Source: Blastocystis sp. Blastoise
Taxonomy: Eukaryota; Protista; Bigyra: Opalinata
Direction: 5' to 3'
Assembly: GCA_039096225.1 (NCBI GenBank)
Contig: JBBPEB010000018.1
Location: 186,001-250,000 of the forward strand
Length of the DNA: 64,000 nt
Positions 35,176 through 50,578 of this stretch are shown here, in pieces. How positions within the stretch are numbered: position 1 is the stretch's first letter; the number at the start of each line of letters is the position of its first letter. The translations under genes and the position numbers were made by a program. Under the pieces are notes generated by a model, which saw only the letters and a list, made by a program, of their open reading frames with translations, was not told where the DNA came from and searched no databases.

Positions 35176-36724
35176 ATGGAATCATTCGCAAGTGAAATAT
35201 TTGAAGAACCAGAACCTGTAGAGAGTACAAAGGTCAGTCTCCTATCTAACTTGGGATCTTCTATTACTGAAGGCACAACCAAAAACTTCTTTGATGATAT
35301 TACTTCTCCATATACTCCTGATTCTAAAGAAACCTATTCGAGTTTATCTGACTCTGCAAAGGACAGTGGATTTGTTGTCCCAGAGATTGAAGACCCTAAA
35401 TCAGAGTCACCTTATGAACATTATACGCCACCTTTTAGATCTACAGATTATCTACTTCATGATTGGAATGCTTATAATCAATCTTATAGACCTTCTGATA
35501 GAGTCCCTATGCGAAGAGTACCAAATATGATATATCCTCCTCGTGTTGTGAATCCTTCTTACAATGTAAATTCTTATCCTTTTTATTGCAATGGTTCGCC
35601 AGAATATTTTATACCTGCTCGTCGTGTTCCTGTAGACTCAAGATATGTATATCCTTCAAGATACCCTCGTTATGAACCTCTGTATTCGGAAGATTCATAT
35701 TATGATGGCTCTCCTGTAGAAAGTGAAAATGTGCCTTATGACATATCAATGGATGATCCTGCTTTTAATATCATTCCTGCAAAGATCCATCGTGGAGAAG
35801 AACAGCGAACAGTCGTTCTTGTCCGAAATATTCCAAATCGGTATTTATTATTTATTATTTTATTTATTATTATTTTATTTATTATGATTATTTTATTTAT
35901 TATGATTATTTTATTTATTATGATTATTTTATTTATTATGATTTTTTTTTATTTATTATGATTATTTTATTTATTATTATTATTTTATTATGATTATTTT
36001 ATTTATTATGATTATTTTATTTATTATGATTATTCTATTTATTATTTTATTTATTATTTATTATTTTATTAATTATTATTATTATTATTTATTATTATTA
36101 TTATTATTTAAATATCATTTTTTAATATCATTTTGAATACAATTTTATTTCTATTTCATCACTTTTATTATTTTATAGTTTGAGAAAGAAGGATGTTACT
36201 CGAGTTCTAGCTAATTGTGTAGGTTGTATGTATCTACTTTTATCAACTATTAAAGAATATGAATATTTTTTAACTGTTTTTTTTTTATAATTTTATTTTG
36301 GATACCTATTGGATAAATAGGATTTATACTGACTGACATTATTTTATGTATTATTATATTTAGATGATAACTTCTTTATTTTGCGTTTACCCGTAGATCC
36401 ATTTACAAAGAGAAATCTTGGCTATGCATTTGTCTGTTTCTCTACACCACACGCTGTTGCTACATTTTACTATAACATGAATGGACAGAGATGGCCGTCT
36501 TCTAATAGTCAAAAACGATGTACCATGTGTTTTGCAAAGAAACAGGTATCTTATATATCTTTTTATTCTTATCAACTCTTTTTTCATCATAAGGATATTT
36601 ATAGATAGTTGTTTTACTATTTAATTATGATTTATTTAAATATTTCTAAAACATATAAATATAGAATCGTGTTCCTGCTTCTAGCTTTGGTCGTCATGAC
36701 GACGATGATGATGATGGCTATTAA
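35176..36724 (+). CDS. Second Mei2-like RRM protein, 4 exons
   Basis: EQRTVVLVRNIPNR|L; LRLPVDPFTKRNLGYAFVCF; NGQRWPSSNSQKRCTMCFAKKQ. Confidence 0.88.
35850..36050. repeat. ~18-bp TTATTTTATTTATTATGA minisatellite in a Mei2-like intron
   Basis: Directly visible tandem copies. Confidence 0.85.
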
Positions 36725-37781
36725 TATATATATATAATACTTCATTCTATAGGGTCGATATTATCAAATATTATTGTACTGAAATTCATATACGATTTCA
36801 CTCTTTATTTCCTTTTTTCTTTATTATTTGTTCCATTCTATTTTTTTGTATTTTAAAAATTATAAAAAGAAAATAAATATATATCTAATAATATAAAATC
36901 AGAAATATATTTATATATATGAGTATACTTTCATGGTTTTATATTTCTTTTATTTATCCTTAATATAATATTTATAATATATTGTCTACTGTATTTTGCT
37001 TTTACTTATTCTTCTTATTATATATTTTAATATTTGTAATACTCATTTTCTTAAAAGAGATCTATTAAGTATATCTTTTCTTTAGGTAAATGATGTATTC
37101 TGTATTATAATACTATTAATAATTATTTATTGTGTTTTAAATCTCTTTCTCTCTTTTTAAAATAATTTTATCTTTTTTTTTTAATTATATATATTAAATA
37201 ATATTAATAACTATTTTGACTAATAATGGATAGTAGTTTCATATTTATCTATTTCTTGTGTCTTATTATCTTATTCTTCTTCTTTTTATGTATTAACTTA
37301 TTGATTTTATTTTTCACTTATTTCTTTGGGGTTATTTCAATTTCTTTTATTTCAATGAATTTTTGTTATAAATTTATGTGTATTAGTTGATTTTGTTTAA
37401 TTATGGTTCTAACCATTTTTTTAATTTTTGAATTATTGTAATCTATTTTTTTTTTAATTTTATTTTTTTTTTTACATTTTAATAAATGTTCTTATGCTTT
37501 TTCAACTATACTCATATCTATAAACATACTTTTATATCATCTTTTTATTGTCTTCATGATTACTATCTTTGATTTTGTTGTGTTAGTTTGATTCTATTCA
37601 CTATTATAACTATAAAAGAATGATTCCTATAATATAGTCTATAAAAAATTCAAAAAATAAAATAATAGCGAACAAAACAATTAATAATAGGTTTTTATTT
37701 TTGATAAAAATATTCACGTATAAAGATTTATCTTTATAATTACTTTTAAAAAATTACTGTTTAATATTTATTATTTACTTT

Positions 37782-38864
37782 TTAACACATTTCAAGAGAC
37801 TTTTCAACTGTTTTACGAACTTTACGCTTAAAAGCAACTTTATCTTTTCTCCATTGTACCTATATAGATATAGTAATGAAAGAATGAATAGAAAAGATTA
37901 GATTGAATTTAAATAAATACTTAATATACAGATAATGTAAACAAATAATAAAGAAAAATGATTAATGTATAAATATATAAATGAAGATAGAATATAAATG
38001 ATAAATATATATATATATATATATATATACAGCAGCATCAATATTAGCTGGTGACGAGTCATTAGGAGCTCCTAACATGTTTTGTACGGATACTAATATA
38101 GCTTCAACACTTAAAATTGGTCTCCATCTCTCTTCTGCAGATTCCTATATATAAAGAGGGAAATAATAATAATAATAATAATAATAATATATAGTATTAA
38201 TATCAAAAAAATATAATATAAAATAAATAAATATATTATATATATATATATACTTCAGGATTAAATTCATCGATTCCAGGTTGATGTAATATAGATATAC
38301 ATACTTTACCATTATCAAATACTAATTAATAATAATAATAATGAATATAATAATAATAAACATAATAAACATAATAATAATAATAAATATAATAATATAT
38401 ATTTAAATAACTATTTCTTATATACTATTTGGATGCCACATTTCAGATATAAATTTCATATCCGGAGGATGATTTGGAAAATCTGAAGGAAAAATTAATT
38501 CTGCTTTAAATAAACCTCCTTCACTAAAAATATATTTATATACATATATATAGATAATGAATAGAAAAATCATGTTAATAAGAAAAGTAGAAAACTTTTA
38601 AAATTAATAATAATGAAAAGTTGAACATACTAGGGAGATTCGGCAGGACCATCAACAAGGACAGACCATTCAAATAAATTGTTATCGTCTTTTAATCCAA
38701 CAGAAATACCTTGAGGAGGGTTTCTTTGCAAATCTATATATATATATATAAGTGGCGAAGCAATTGACAAAAAAATACCTAATAATTGACGTTTTAATAA
38801 CTCAGCCGCAAATGCTATATAATACTCATTAGGAATTTATTATAAGAACACATATACCCGACAT
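37782..38864 (-). CDS. UBC7: Ubiquitin-conjugating enzyme E2, Ubc7/UBE2G (acidic-loop) class, 7 exons
   Basis: [52 protein letters not shown]. Not annotated by the ORF track. Confidence 0.93.
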
Positions 38865-39406
38865 TCGAAATACAATAAAAAAAGAAAAAAATATAGAACC
38901 CAAAACAATCCTAATAAGAGCAGTTTCAACTCCCGCGTTTTTCTTTAAAAAACACTTGAATAACAACTGTTATTCTTGATTGTTCTTTTAGAAAATGGAT
39001 GGATTGTTTCAAGTGTTTTGTTTATTTTTTCATTATATAGCATATGTTTTCAAGTTTCTCTATACTTACTCTATAGAACTGATATCACAAAAACTAAATA
39101 TATTGTATGTTTGATTTGTTTGTGACATTTGATTATTTATTTATCACATATATGCTATTTGGATTTGCAGTAGATACGATTTAAAAAACAAAGAAGTGAA
39201 ATTCATAATTTCAATATGCATTGTTGAGAATGAAACAGTAAAAATGTCAAAGAAATATATGTATAAATGGAATATAAGATAATATGGAATATGAAGAAAC
39301 ATAAACGCATAAAGGAGACATAGAAAATGATACTGAATGATAGAATCATAAATTTTTTTAGTATAAAAGATGAATTTATAAGATATATATGCTATAAAAA
39401 AATATT

Positions 39407-41096
39407 TTAATAGAGATGAATAATGTTTTTATTTGATTGGACTTCATCATCGACTCGTTGACACGATTCCTTTACATTATACGAAATAAACGTCTCGTTT
39501 GTTTTTTTACTATTACAAATAAACATGATAGTAGTATTTTTTGTATAAGTCGACATATGAATAAGAGTATTATTGGATTTTATAGTCATACCTTCAAAGT
39601 TACTATGTGAATGACTATATATATATATATTAATAGTATTTTAAATTAATTTATGGTGATTATGTAAAAATATAAACAAATATATTTTATACAATACTAT
39701 ATAAATATATATACCTGCATTCTAATTTAAATTGTTTAATAATATTACTAATTTTTTCAAATCGATAATTATCAAGATTTGCTGTAGATGTGCAATAAGT
39801 TAATACTAAGAAAGTAGTTTTTTCAAATAAGATAACTTCTTCTGCTTCGCAATAAGTTTTTAATAACGATAATTCATTCTTTAAGAGTTTCATATCTGGG
39901 ATCAAGGATTGTACTACACAAGACCATGCCTATATATATATATATATGATATTATAATAGTGTATATAGTATTATTTGGTTATAGAGATATTAATAAATA
40001 TAGAGAATTATTTTGTTATATATATAGAGAATTATTTATATATATATAGAGAATTATTTTATTTATATATATAGAATTATTTTGTTATATAGACTTTACT
40101 ATTAAAATAATATATATATATACTTCATATAATGTTTCATCCCAAATAGAAGTTCCAAATATCTTTACAGAATCTAAAGGTATATAACGAGATATATAGG
40201 TTTTGTATATCTCTAATTTCTATATAAATCGAATTATCATCAAAATATAATAGAATAGATTTAAAAAAAATATTATAGGAATATAAATTTAAAATCTATA
40301 TAAAGATAATATGATTTTTATTATTTATACTTCAGTTTTAGATCCTTGTACTAAATCCATTTTATGAACCAATATAAATATTTGAGATGAAGGACTATAT
40401 TGATGTAATAAATCTAATGATGTTTTGAAAATATTCCATTCAGTCTATATATATATATATATATATAGAATACTTTATAGTAGTAATATATAAACTCATT
40501 TTAATAGTTATAAATAATAATTCTATTTTATAGAATAGTACATGAATAATATAGTTCAAAAAAATAATCACCAAAATCATAATAATAATAAATAAATAAT
40601 AAATAAATAATAAATAAATAATAATAATAATAATAAAATAATAAATAAATAATTAAAATATATACATCCACTTGTTGTGAATTCACATCAAATACAAAAA
40701 TTAATAGGGCAACGCCAGTAAATACTTCTTGACTTCGTTTTGTAAAGGTTTCTTGAAGAAATTTATCTTGACCACCACAATCCCATATATTCAATGTCAT
40801 ATTCCCTAAAAACTGAACTTGAGCATGATCAACATCAACTATTCAAATGTGTGATAGAATACGAAAAAAATCCATTAAAAACTAAAATATACATGTTGGA
40901 GACAAGAGATGTGTATCACGGGCTATAATAAAAAACAAATAATTAATTGTATTAAAAAATATACATCCATAATTTGCAAAAATAATAGATCTCATGGATG
41001 TCTTTCCTGCACCACAATTTCCTAATAATAATACCTATAATACAAAAAAGATTCGTATAAAACAACGATAATCCAATAATTTACTTTTTGATCCAT
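39407..41096 (-). CDS. GTR1: Rag GTPase RagA/B (Gtr1), 8 exons
   Basis: KVLLLGNCGAGKTSMRSIIFANY, LNIWDCGGQD, VHKMDLV, TSIWDETLY.AWS, EVILFEKTTFLV, RFEKISNIIKQFKL. Confidence 0.93.
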
Positions 41097-41355
41097 TCTT
41101 TACTAGTGTTTCTGATACTAACAAATGACAAAATATCTTTATATATATATAAATATAAATATAAACACAAAAAACCTTAATTTGAATAATTTGTTTGATT
41201 TCTTTTTTCATCAACTTCTGAAAGTGTCTGAATTCACGTTAACTAGAAACAAAGTCGTTTTCGTTTTTTGTGACTATAAAAAAAACTTTTTCTTTACGTT
41301 TTTAAAGAAAAGAACGAATTATTTTAATAAGAGTTTTAGACTCTTTTCATTAGCC

Positions 41356-41678
41356 ATGTCCGTTGAATCCAAAAAGGCTATTATATTAAAGCCTACAGAA
41401 GAGAATTATAAAATAGCAGCTGAAGCTCTACACAAAGGACAACTAGTTGCCTTTCCTACAGAAACTGTTTATGGTCTTGGAGCTAATGCTCTTAATCGTG
41501 AGTCCTGCTGTGATATATTCAAAGTAAAAAATAGACCTTTCAATGGTATAGAGTTTGTTTTATATTCAACATATAAAATAAATTCATTTTTATTCCTTTT
41601 TTTTTAGATCCTGTTATTGTTCATGTTGCCTGTCTTCAAGAAGCTCTTGATTTAATTGATATTTGTGAAGAAGTATAT

Positions 41679-41709
<31 letters not shown>

Positions 41710-41714
41710 TTTTT

Positions 41715-41769
<55 letters not shown>

Positions 41770-41788
41770 TTATATTTATTTATTATAT

Positions 41789-41847
<59 letters not shown>

Positions 41848-41869
41848 TTATTTATTTATTTATTTATTT

Positions 41870-41901
<32 letters not shown>

Positions 41902-43518
41902 TTATTTATTTATTTATTTATTTATTTAATTATTATAAATAATTATTTGAGAATAATTAACTCTATTGTAATTTAAATATATACATATATATAAATAGGA
42001 TCGTAAAGTATTTACTTTATTAGCTAACTCCTTTTGGCCGGGTCCCCTTACTATTGTCGCTAAAGCGAAACCCTGTCTTCCTCTTGAATGTACATACATA
42101 ACATATCTATTCTTATTATATATATATATATTATCTTATTATGTTTTGAATATAAGAAATCGTGTTTTTATTATATAAAAAATATGATATATATATATAT
42201 TCATTAATAATTTGATTTCCCTCCATTTAGTATCCGCGGGAACTGGCGCCATTGGATTCCGTTGTCCCTCTCATCCTGTTGCTCATAAATTAATTGAAGT
42301 TGTATATTATTTATATATATTATTCTCTATATAATAGAATTATACTATCAATCATTATATACAATTGTAATATTTTTTTAATTAATGAATAATTGTTATT
42401 GCTATAATTATATATATATATAGTCTCATTTGCCTATAGCTGCACCAAGTGCCAATCTTTTTGGTCACGTGTCTCCTACCACTGCTGACCACGTGTATAA
42501 AGATCTTGGAACAAATCCTATCTATATTCTAGATGGAGGAGAAACGTATAAACATATATATATACATATATACATATATACATATATACATATATATTAT
42601 TATACTTTTATTTAGTATAGAATATGTATTATATATATATATATAGTGGTTTAGATTGTAGTGTGGGTATTGAAAGTACAGTAATGAAAGTAGAAACACA
42701 AAATAATAAAATTGTTTTATTCCGTCGTGGAGGTATATCAGAGAATGATATATATAAATGTTTGTGTTCCAATGGATATTCACATTTATTGGTTGATGTT
42801 GTCAAGAAGCAAGTGAAATCACGTGCTGATAAAGGAAAGGATGGTGTTGATTATAAAGAAGAGCACGTGACTTTGAAAGGCGAACAAGCTCCTGGTCAGC
42901 TGCTTACACATTATGCACCTTATATTCAAACTTATCTTGTGAAAAGAGATAGTAATACCAAATCTAATGAAATATTTGAACATATCGATAAATGTATTAT
43001 CATCGATTTCGCGGGAATTTTAAAAGATTTAAGCGGCAAAGCTCATACATATATGACACTCAGTGAAGAGTATATATATATATATAGTTTTTATTTCTTT
43101 TTTCTATAAATATATGTTTTACTTTCTTTCTTATTATTATTATTATTATATATATAGTAATAATATTCACGAAGCTACAAAGAATCTCTATAGAGCATTT
43201 CGTGATGCAGAAATTATTAAAGGAGCTAATGTATATATATAAACATATATAAACATATATAAACATATATATATATATATATATATATAGTATATATTAC
43301 TTCCTGATTTATCAGAATATCCTGATGAACTAGCTCCTGCTATTATGGATAGGTATATATATTCATATATATTAATAAATATCATAAATATACAAAAATA
43401 AATATCATAAATATACAAAAATAAATATCATAAATATACATAAATAAATATCATATATATATATAGAATGTTCCGTGCTGCTTCTGGTCGTGTTATTATG
43501 CTTAATAAACTTGAATAA
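41356..43518 (+). CDS. SUA5: Threonylcarbamoyl-AMP synthase Sua5 (YrdC + SUA5 domains), 9 exons
   Basis: VAFPTETVYGLGANA, KNRP.DP.IVHV, FWPGPLT, AAPSANLFGHVSPT, GIEST, APGQLLTHYAP, DRMFRAASG. Confidence 0.95.
41677..41927. repeat. (ATTT)n microsatellite in Sua5 intron 2
   Basis: Directly visible; a similar array lies at ~55955-56105. Confidence 0.9.
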
Positions 43519-43886
43519 TTTATATATATACTCTCTTTTTTATTCTTCATTATTTTTATTAGTTATATGAGTTCCTATATAATCTATCTCCTTACTAGTT
43601 ATAAAATTGTATTTATGTATATATTTATATATTTCAATCCATTAAATTTTTTTGTGTCTATTCAATAAAGTTTTGAATAAATTAAGTATACTATAATAAA
43701 AGATATGTACAACAAAACAAGCCAATATAAATACAATAAAAAAATCATTAAAATAAGAAAAAACACATATTAAGAGAAAAAATACAACAGAAAAGAAAAA
43801 ATAAAATGAAAAAGATATAGAAGCTAAATATATAATTGTTGTGAATATAATAAATATTTTAGAATAACTTGTCCAGAATTGATTAT

Positions 43887-46800
43887 TTATTCAGAGTCAG
43901 AATCACTTTCATTTTCATTTGGATTATTATTTTTATTCACATGAGTATCAATTATTCCAACAGGAATGGTCTTTTCTTCAACAGAATTAACATTCTTATT
44001 GTCTTCTTCAATCTCCATAAGTTGTGGATTTTCTTTCTTTTCTTCTTCTTCTTCCTCAATTATCATTTCTTTTTCTTTTTCTTTTTCTTTTTCTTTTTCT
44101 TCTTCTATTTTCATATTAACTTCCATCTTTTTACGATACTCTACAATCATGTTATTCACATAAGCAAACATTTCCTCTATACCACTTATCTATATAGATA
44201 TATATATATAGAGTAATAATGATAATAAATATAATAAATATAATAAATATAATAAAATAATAAAATAATAAAATAATAAAATAATAAAATAATAAAATAA
44301 TAAAATAATAAAATAATAAAATAATAAAATAATAAAATAATAAATATAATAAAATAATAAAATAATAAAATAATAAAATAATAAAATAATAAAATAATAA
44401 AATAATAAATATAATAAAATAATAAAATAATAAAATAATAAAATAATAAAATAATAAACACAAATAATAACATAATAAACACAAATAATAACATAAAAAA
44501 AAAAACATAAGCTAATAAATATATACCTTCTTTCCATCGACAGGATCATGTATCTTTCTAGTAATAGTATTATATTCTTCTCCTTCAACAATAGATAACT
44601 CAATAGGTCTTTGTTTTAATAAGTTAAATACAGGTAATAGTTCAAAACATTGAGTAAATAATGAAACACGACAGAATATATAGAGACCTAATCTAGCTCT
44701 AGAAACAGCTACAATTAATCTCTTTATATCGGATATATGACCTACATGTTTTGTACGAACTAAAGATAATAATATAATATCATTTTGTTGGCCTTGATAT
44801 TTATCAACTGTATTGATTTTAGGTATAGAATAAAAACTATCATCTTTAAAGGATTCATTAAATAAATCACGTAATAAATGTTTTTGACCATTATATGTAG
44901 TTAATATACTTATAGAAGTAGAAGGATAACCAAGTAAACGTAAATATTTATAAAAGAGTAAAATATATTCTGCTTCCCCTCTATTTTGATAATACCAGGG
45001 AGAAGGTTGTGATTCACCAATACCATTATAATCATTAACATTAATTAATTGATAATCATATTGAAGACCAGGACAAGCATATTGAAATATATTCTTTTCT
45101 TTATAATTCTCACAGACATGAGGTAAATTAGATAATGATTTATATTTCCAACTAAATAATTCAGCAATATCTGGTCGACATCTTCCTTGAGCATCTAACT
45201 GAATAGTAGGTACTCCTAAACGTATAAAACGAGTAAATAAAGATTGATCTAAATGACTATATTGTTGGAAGGATTGATTCTTTACTATAGGAGGTAATTG
45301 ATTATGATCTCCTATTAATATAATACGCTTCAAACGACAACCTTCTATACTATCGAAATTCTATATATATATATGATTATATTCTTTTAGTATTTAATTA
45401 ATAAAATATAGTAAAAATAAGAAATAAAATATAACTTTTATTATTCAACAATATAATAAAAATAATAAATATAATAAAAATAAGAAATATAATAAAAATA
45501 ATAAATAAAATAAACACAATAATAATTTAAAAAAAAAAAAAAAAAAAAAATAATAATAATAATAAACAAAATAATAAATATGAATATACTTGTAACAACA
45601 TAGGAATAAAAGTTTCAATTTCAAGAATTTGACCAGCTTCTTCAATAACAATATTATCATATTTAAATCCAATTTCCACTAATTTCTTTCTCATAATACC
45701 AGCATGTGTACAAGTAAGAGCAATAATCTTAGCTTGATTTGTTAATAAATAATCACTTCTTTGTTTTACATTACGTAATAATTCAAAAGGACGATATTCT
45801 TTTAATTCTATAAATATATTCTTAATATATTCTAAGCATTGTTCAGCCATTTGTATATCATGTTCTTTATTATTTATAAATAATTGTTCTTTACATTCTA
45901 AGAAATAATTCTTAAATGGGAAATATTTTGCTATAAATCCTTGATATTTCTCATCCCATTCTTGACTACTCTTTGTATATATCTCAATATCCTCTATGTT
46001 TTGAAGAGATTCTTCATTCTCTAATGAATAAAAAGAACGGAATTGATCAATTCTCTTTTGTATATGATAAGTATAGAAATATTCAGCAGTTTCACAACTA
46101 TAATTAAAAGCACCTTCAATATCAAGACTTTTCGCTATCTTTTCTACTTCAGTTAATAATTCTAATCTTCTTGTTAATGTATAATCTACTCTTCCTTGTC
46201 TAGTATAATCTTCAGTTGTTTCTAATTCATTTTCACCCATACCTAATCTTAATAAATGACGTCCATCTATATTTAATTCTGTAATCTTACTAAATAAATC
46301 ATTTAAAGCATGATTACTATGAGTTACAAGTAATGTTTTCTGTAAAGGATAATCATGATATATATTATTAATAATTTGAACAGCAACATCTGTTTTACCC
46401 GTACCCGGAGGACCTACTATTATAGTTAATCCATTAGACATACCACTATGTATAGCTTCTATTTGTTTAGGTGTAAATCGTATCATATTCTTCTTTATAG
46501 GTTTATTTATAAATGGATTAAAAGGAATACTAGTATAAGGAGTAATAATAAGTTCTTTCTTATCTTCTTCAATAGGGAATGATATTTTATAAGGGGGTAT
46601 ACATAATGATTCAGGTACAGAATCACCATTTTTATATAAGAATTGTATGTTATAATCAGGGAAACTATCGAGTATATGTTGTTTATCTAAAAATGTATCT
46701 TGAAAATCAAACATATGTAATTGATTATTCATATTCTTATAATAAGCAGAAGAAGGATTACCATAACCTAAGAATATATCTTGCATCCATAAAGGAACAG

Positions 46801-47287
46801 CGTTACCTACTTGAGTTATATTCATTAACTCACGTATAGTATCTAAAACAGCTTTAAAATTATTCTCTTTTGACTTACGACGAACTAATAAATTAAATGT
46901 TGTATATCTATAGAAAAGTTATTTTATATAGATTTATATAATAGTGTAATAATAATATGAATAAATGTATAATAAATATATAATAAATATATAATAATAT
47001 AATTATAAAATAATAATAATATACGGATTAGTAATTTCACCTTTACTTTGTTTAATCATATCTACTTGATATTGAGCAGTATCTAATAATACTCGAAGTA
47101 CTCGCTTCTTCCCCTTTCTATGTATACGTTTATCAGGTTTTGTGGGATCATTTAAAGAAACACCGTCTTCATCCACTATTTCTAATATTTCACATCCACG
47201 TACACTAACGATACCTTCTCTTTCAGGGAATGAACAATCTTCTTCTTTCCACAAAGAACGAGGAGTCAAATCGACTTTTAAATTATC

Positions 47288-47325
<38 letters not shown>

Positions 47326-49813
47326 CTAATAAATCTAATAAATAATAATAAACCTAATAAATAATAATAAACCTAATAAATAATATACTTTGTTTAACTC
47401 CAAATTTATAATCTGCTTCATCTTCTATTTTGCTTTGTATGCCTACAAGGAATAAAACATCATGTTCATGAAGAGATTCCCATTCTTCTAAAGCTTTGCC
47501 ACCAAAATTCTTATAACTAATAGTAATTTCAGCACGTACTTCTGCAGGTTTTGTATCACCAATATTCGGTTTACGTACTTCTGTAATAAAGAAAGATAAA
47601 ATAGGAGTGGCCATTCTAGATAATCCAGTAAATATTGTAGTTCCTTCTATAGAATGACGAGGCTTACAACGTTTAACAGCATCTACTATATCTTGACGGA
47701 TTTCATAACATGATTCTAAACGATATAAATTGAAATTACGTAATAAATAATCATGAAATGTTAAGAATTGAAGATTTAATTTAGGTAATGCTAATACTTT
47801 CTCTTGTTCATAATGACCTATAAACATATAATGGTTATGATTCTATCATAATAATTTATATATATAATTATTATAAAATAAAAATAGAATAAACAAAAAT
47901 TCATAAACAATAAATATATAATAATAATAAAAATAAAATAAAATAAATAAATAAATAAATAAATAAATATAATAAAATAAAAACAAATAAATAAATAAAT
48001 AAATAAAATAAAATATACCAAGAGGTACAAGGTTTTCATCCCAAAGGAGTGCGTCATTAGGCATAAGAGGTAATTCGTTAATAGTATCAATTTGAGATTG
48101 ACGTAAACAATACTCATGTAATAAGATTTCTATTAATAATTCCTTAGTATATATACAATTAATATATTCTTGTTCATTTCGTAATGGTGTTAATCTTAAA
48201 CGTATACATAAATTACGAAGAATATCTTCAGATAAAGGATTTAAGTATTTTATAAGAGAAGAACGTGTACCAATAGTTTCAATAGAAGCTAAAGATAAGG
48301 GTTCTAAAGTATCTTTGAAATATCTATAGATAAAAAGTGAATATTATATATATATTTATATATAGAAGAGTATTATAGATATTAAATTCATTAGAATATT
48401 GAAAAAAATTAATTAATGAATCAATTAATCAATCAAAGATATACATATAAATGTTATAAATATAATAAGCAAAATATATATTTATTAAAATATAAATATA
48501 ATATATATATAATAAAATACTTAAAACATATTCTTTGTAAAACATATATTTTTTTGTATTGATTTTTATTCATTTCAATATCACTGATAGAATTTCCTGT
48601 ATGTTCATCGATTTCAAATCCTTCAAAGAAACTACATTCTTCAACTAATTGTTTAAATAATTGTCCTTCTTTACGTTGATATAAAGAACTTAATTGACAA
48701 CGAGGAATAAAGTGAATATCTTTGATATAAGCTAATAAATAGCGACGAGTAGGAAATTGAGAAAGAAGATCTGTTATATATTCAATAAAACGATTACAAA
48801 ACTTTACTATATTTTCATCAATAGAAACAGCTATATATATATATTATAATTAATATAAAAATCCAATACATATTAAAATATATATTTAAAATTAAAAAAA
48901 AAAAAATTAATAAAAAATATATTATTTAAAATATAAAAAATAATATTTATAAAATAAAAATAATAGATAACATTTAAAAAAATATAATATAAAATATTAA
49001 AAAACATATATATACAAAAAAACTCAATAAGCATATATATATACATTCATCTATATTGACACTTTCAAGAATAGCAAAGAAAAGACGAATAAATTGAGGA
49101 ATAAACATAGTTTTTACATTATAGTAAACTTCTTTAAATATATATCCTTGGGATTCAATTAAATCATTTAATTTTTGATCAATTAATACTATTTGACGAA
49201 TTGCATTCTTTTCATTTTCTTTACGAATAGAATCAATATTTTTAAATATAGTTTCTTCTTCTTTATATATAGATTCATCAACTTTATTTTGCTTTAATAT
49301 TTCAAAATTATTCTCAATATTAATAATAGTAGATTCAAGTTGCCAAGGGAAATCTAAGGAGGGAGTTTTGTAAATTTCTAAAGCTCTTCTACGTTCACTC
49401 ATTGTCGACCATAAAGAAATAGATAATGTAGGAAGAATAGATTTTGAGATTATAGGATCTTCTAATGACTAGAAATATTTATATGAATAGAATATATATA
49501 AATTCTCATATTCAACAAAAATATAATAATTTTAAAAGAAAACAATAAAATAATGATAGCTTTATAATAATACTCTAAATGAATTGATCATGAAGTTTAT
49601 ATAAGCAACAAGTTGATTTGGTTGAATACTTCTATCAAAAATAATGAGCATCACTTTTTTAAAGAAAAGAGCAAATTTATCATTATCTTCTTTATAATAT
49701 TCCCATGAATGAACACCTTCAGTGAACTTTTCATTCATCATATCAATAATTTCAAAAAGATCTTGAACAGTACTTCCCTCATGAAGCGCTGACCATAATT
49801 CCGTTTCTCTCAT
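43887..49813 (-). CDS. AQR: Intron-binding spliceosomal RNA helicase Aquarius, 9 exons
   Basis: [96 protein letters not shown]. Confidence 0.97.
44250..44458. repeat. (AAAATAAT)n octamer array in the last Aquarius intron
   Basis: Directly visible. Confidence 0.9.
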
Positions 49814-50212
49814 TTTCAAATTACTCTTAAATGCAATTAAAACAACTTGAAAATAAATCATAAAGAAAACATTCAATTCTTTTGAATAAATAATAATCGC
49901 GAATTTCTCGTAGTTTATTGAGCAATTCCGAATTTATTCTTATTTAGCGGTGGTCAGGCCTTTTTGTTTGTTCATGTATATTTTTAATATTATTATTCAT
50001 TGTAGAGATGTAAGGAAATTATTTAATATGAATTTTAAATGATAAGAACATATAGAAGACATCGAGGATATATATTCATCTAATAACAAATAATGAACAA
50101 AACAAAAATGAATGTATCAAAAAAAAAAAATGATAATAAAATAGATACTACACTTTATTGAAGAAAAGATAAAATATAACAATTATAAAGTATAAGAAGA
50201 AAATAGTTTTAC

Positions 50213-50578
50213 TTAATTTTGTTTGGATTCAGCTTGTTTGATTCTCATTCTACGTTGATGTCTATAGAAAAGAAGAGAAATATATCAATAATTCAATAAA
50301 TAGTTTCATGAATAAAGTCGGTGATGATAGAGAAGTATAAAATAAATAAATACTCTTCATATTGACACTTTTCGTAAGCATGCATGAATTCTTCACACTT
50401 TCCAGGCATCCAATAAGTTTCACTTCTGCACTTGTTTAATTTAATAAGGATATCAGCACAATAATCTCTGAAATTGACAGGAAGGTTGGCATCCTTCATA
50501 TCTTGTTCAGTAGCTTTTAATTCAGCTATATTATATAAATGAGCTAATTATGTATATCATACGAGGATTGAGAGACAT
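50213..50578 (-). CDS. NDUFB7: NADH:ubiquinone oxidoreductase subunit B18, 3 exons
   Basis: ATEQDMKDANLPVNFRDYCADILIKLNKCR...CEEFMHAYEKCQYEE (twin CX9C-type motif). Confidence 0.93.

Noticed and set aside
50008-50020. U12 snRNA branch-pairing motif GTAAGGAAA
   Set aside because: Lacks the preceding CCTTAAA-type 5' stem and any downstream structure.
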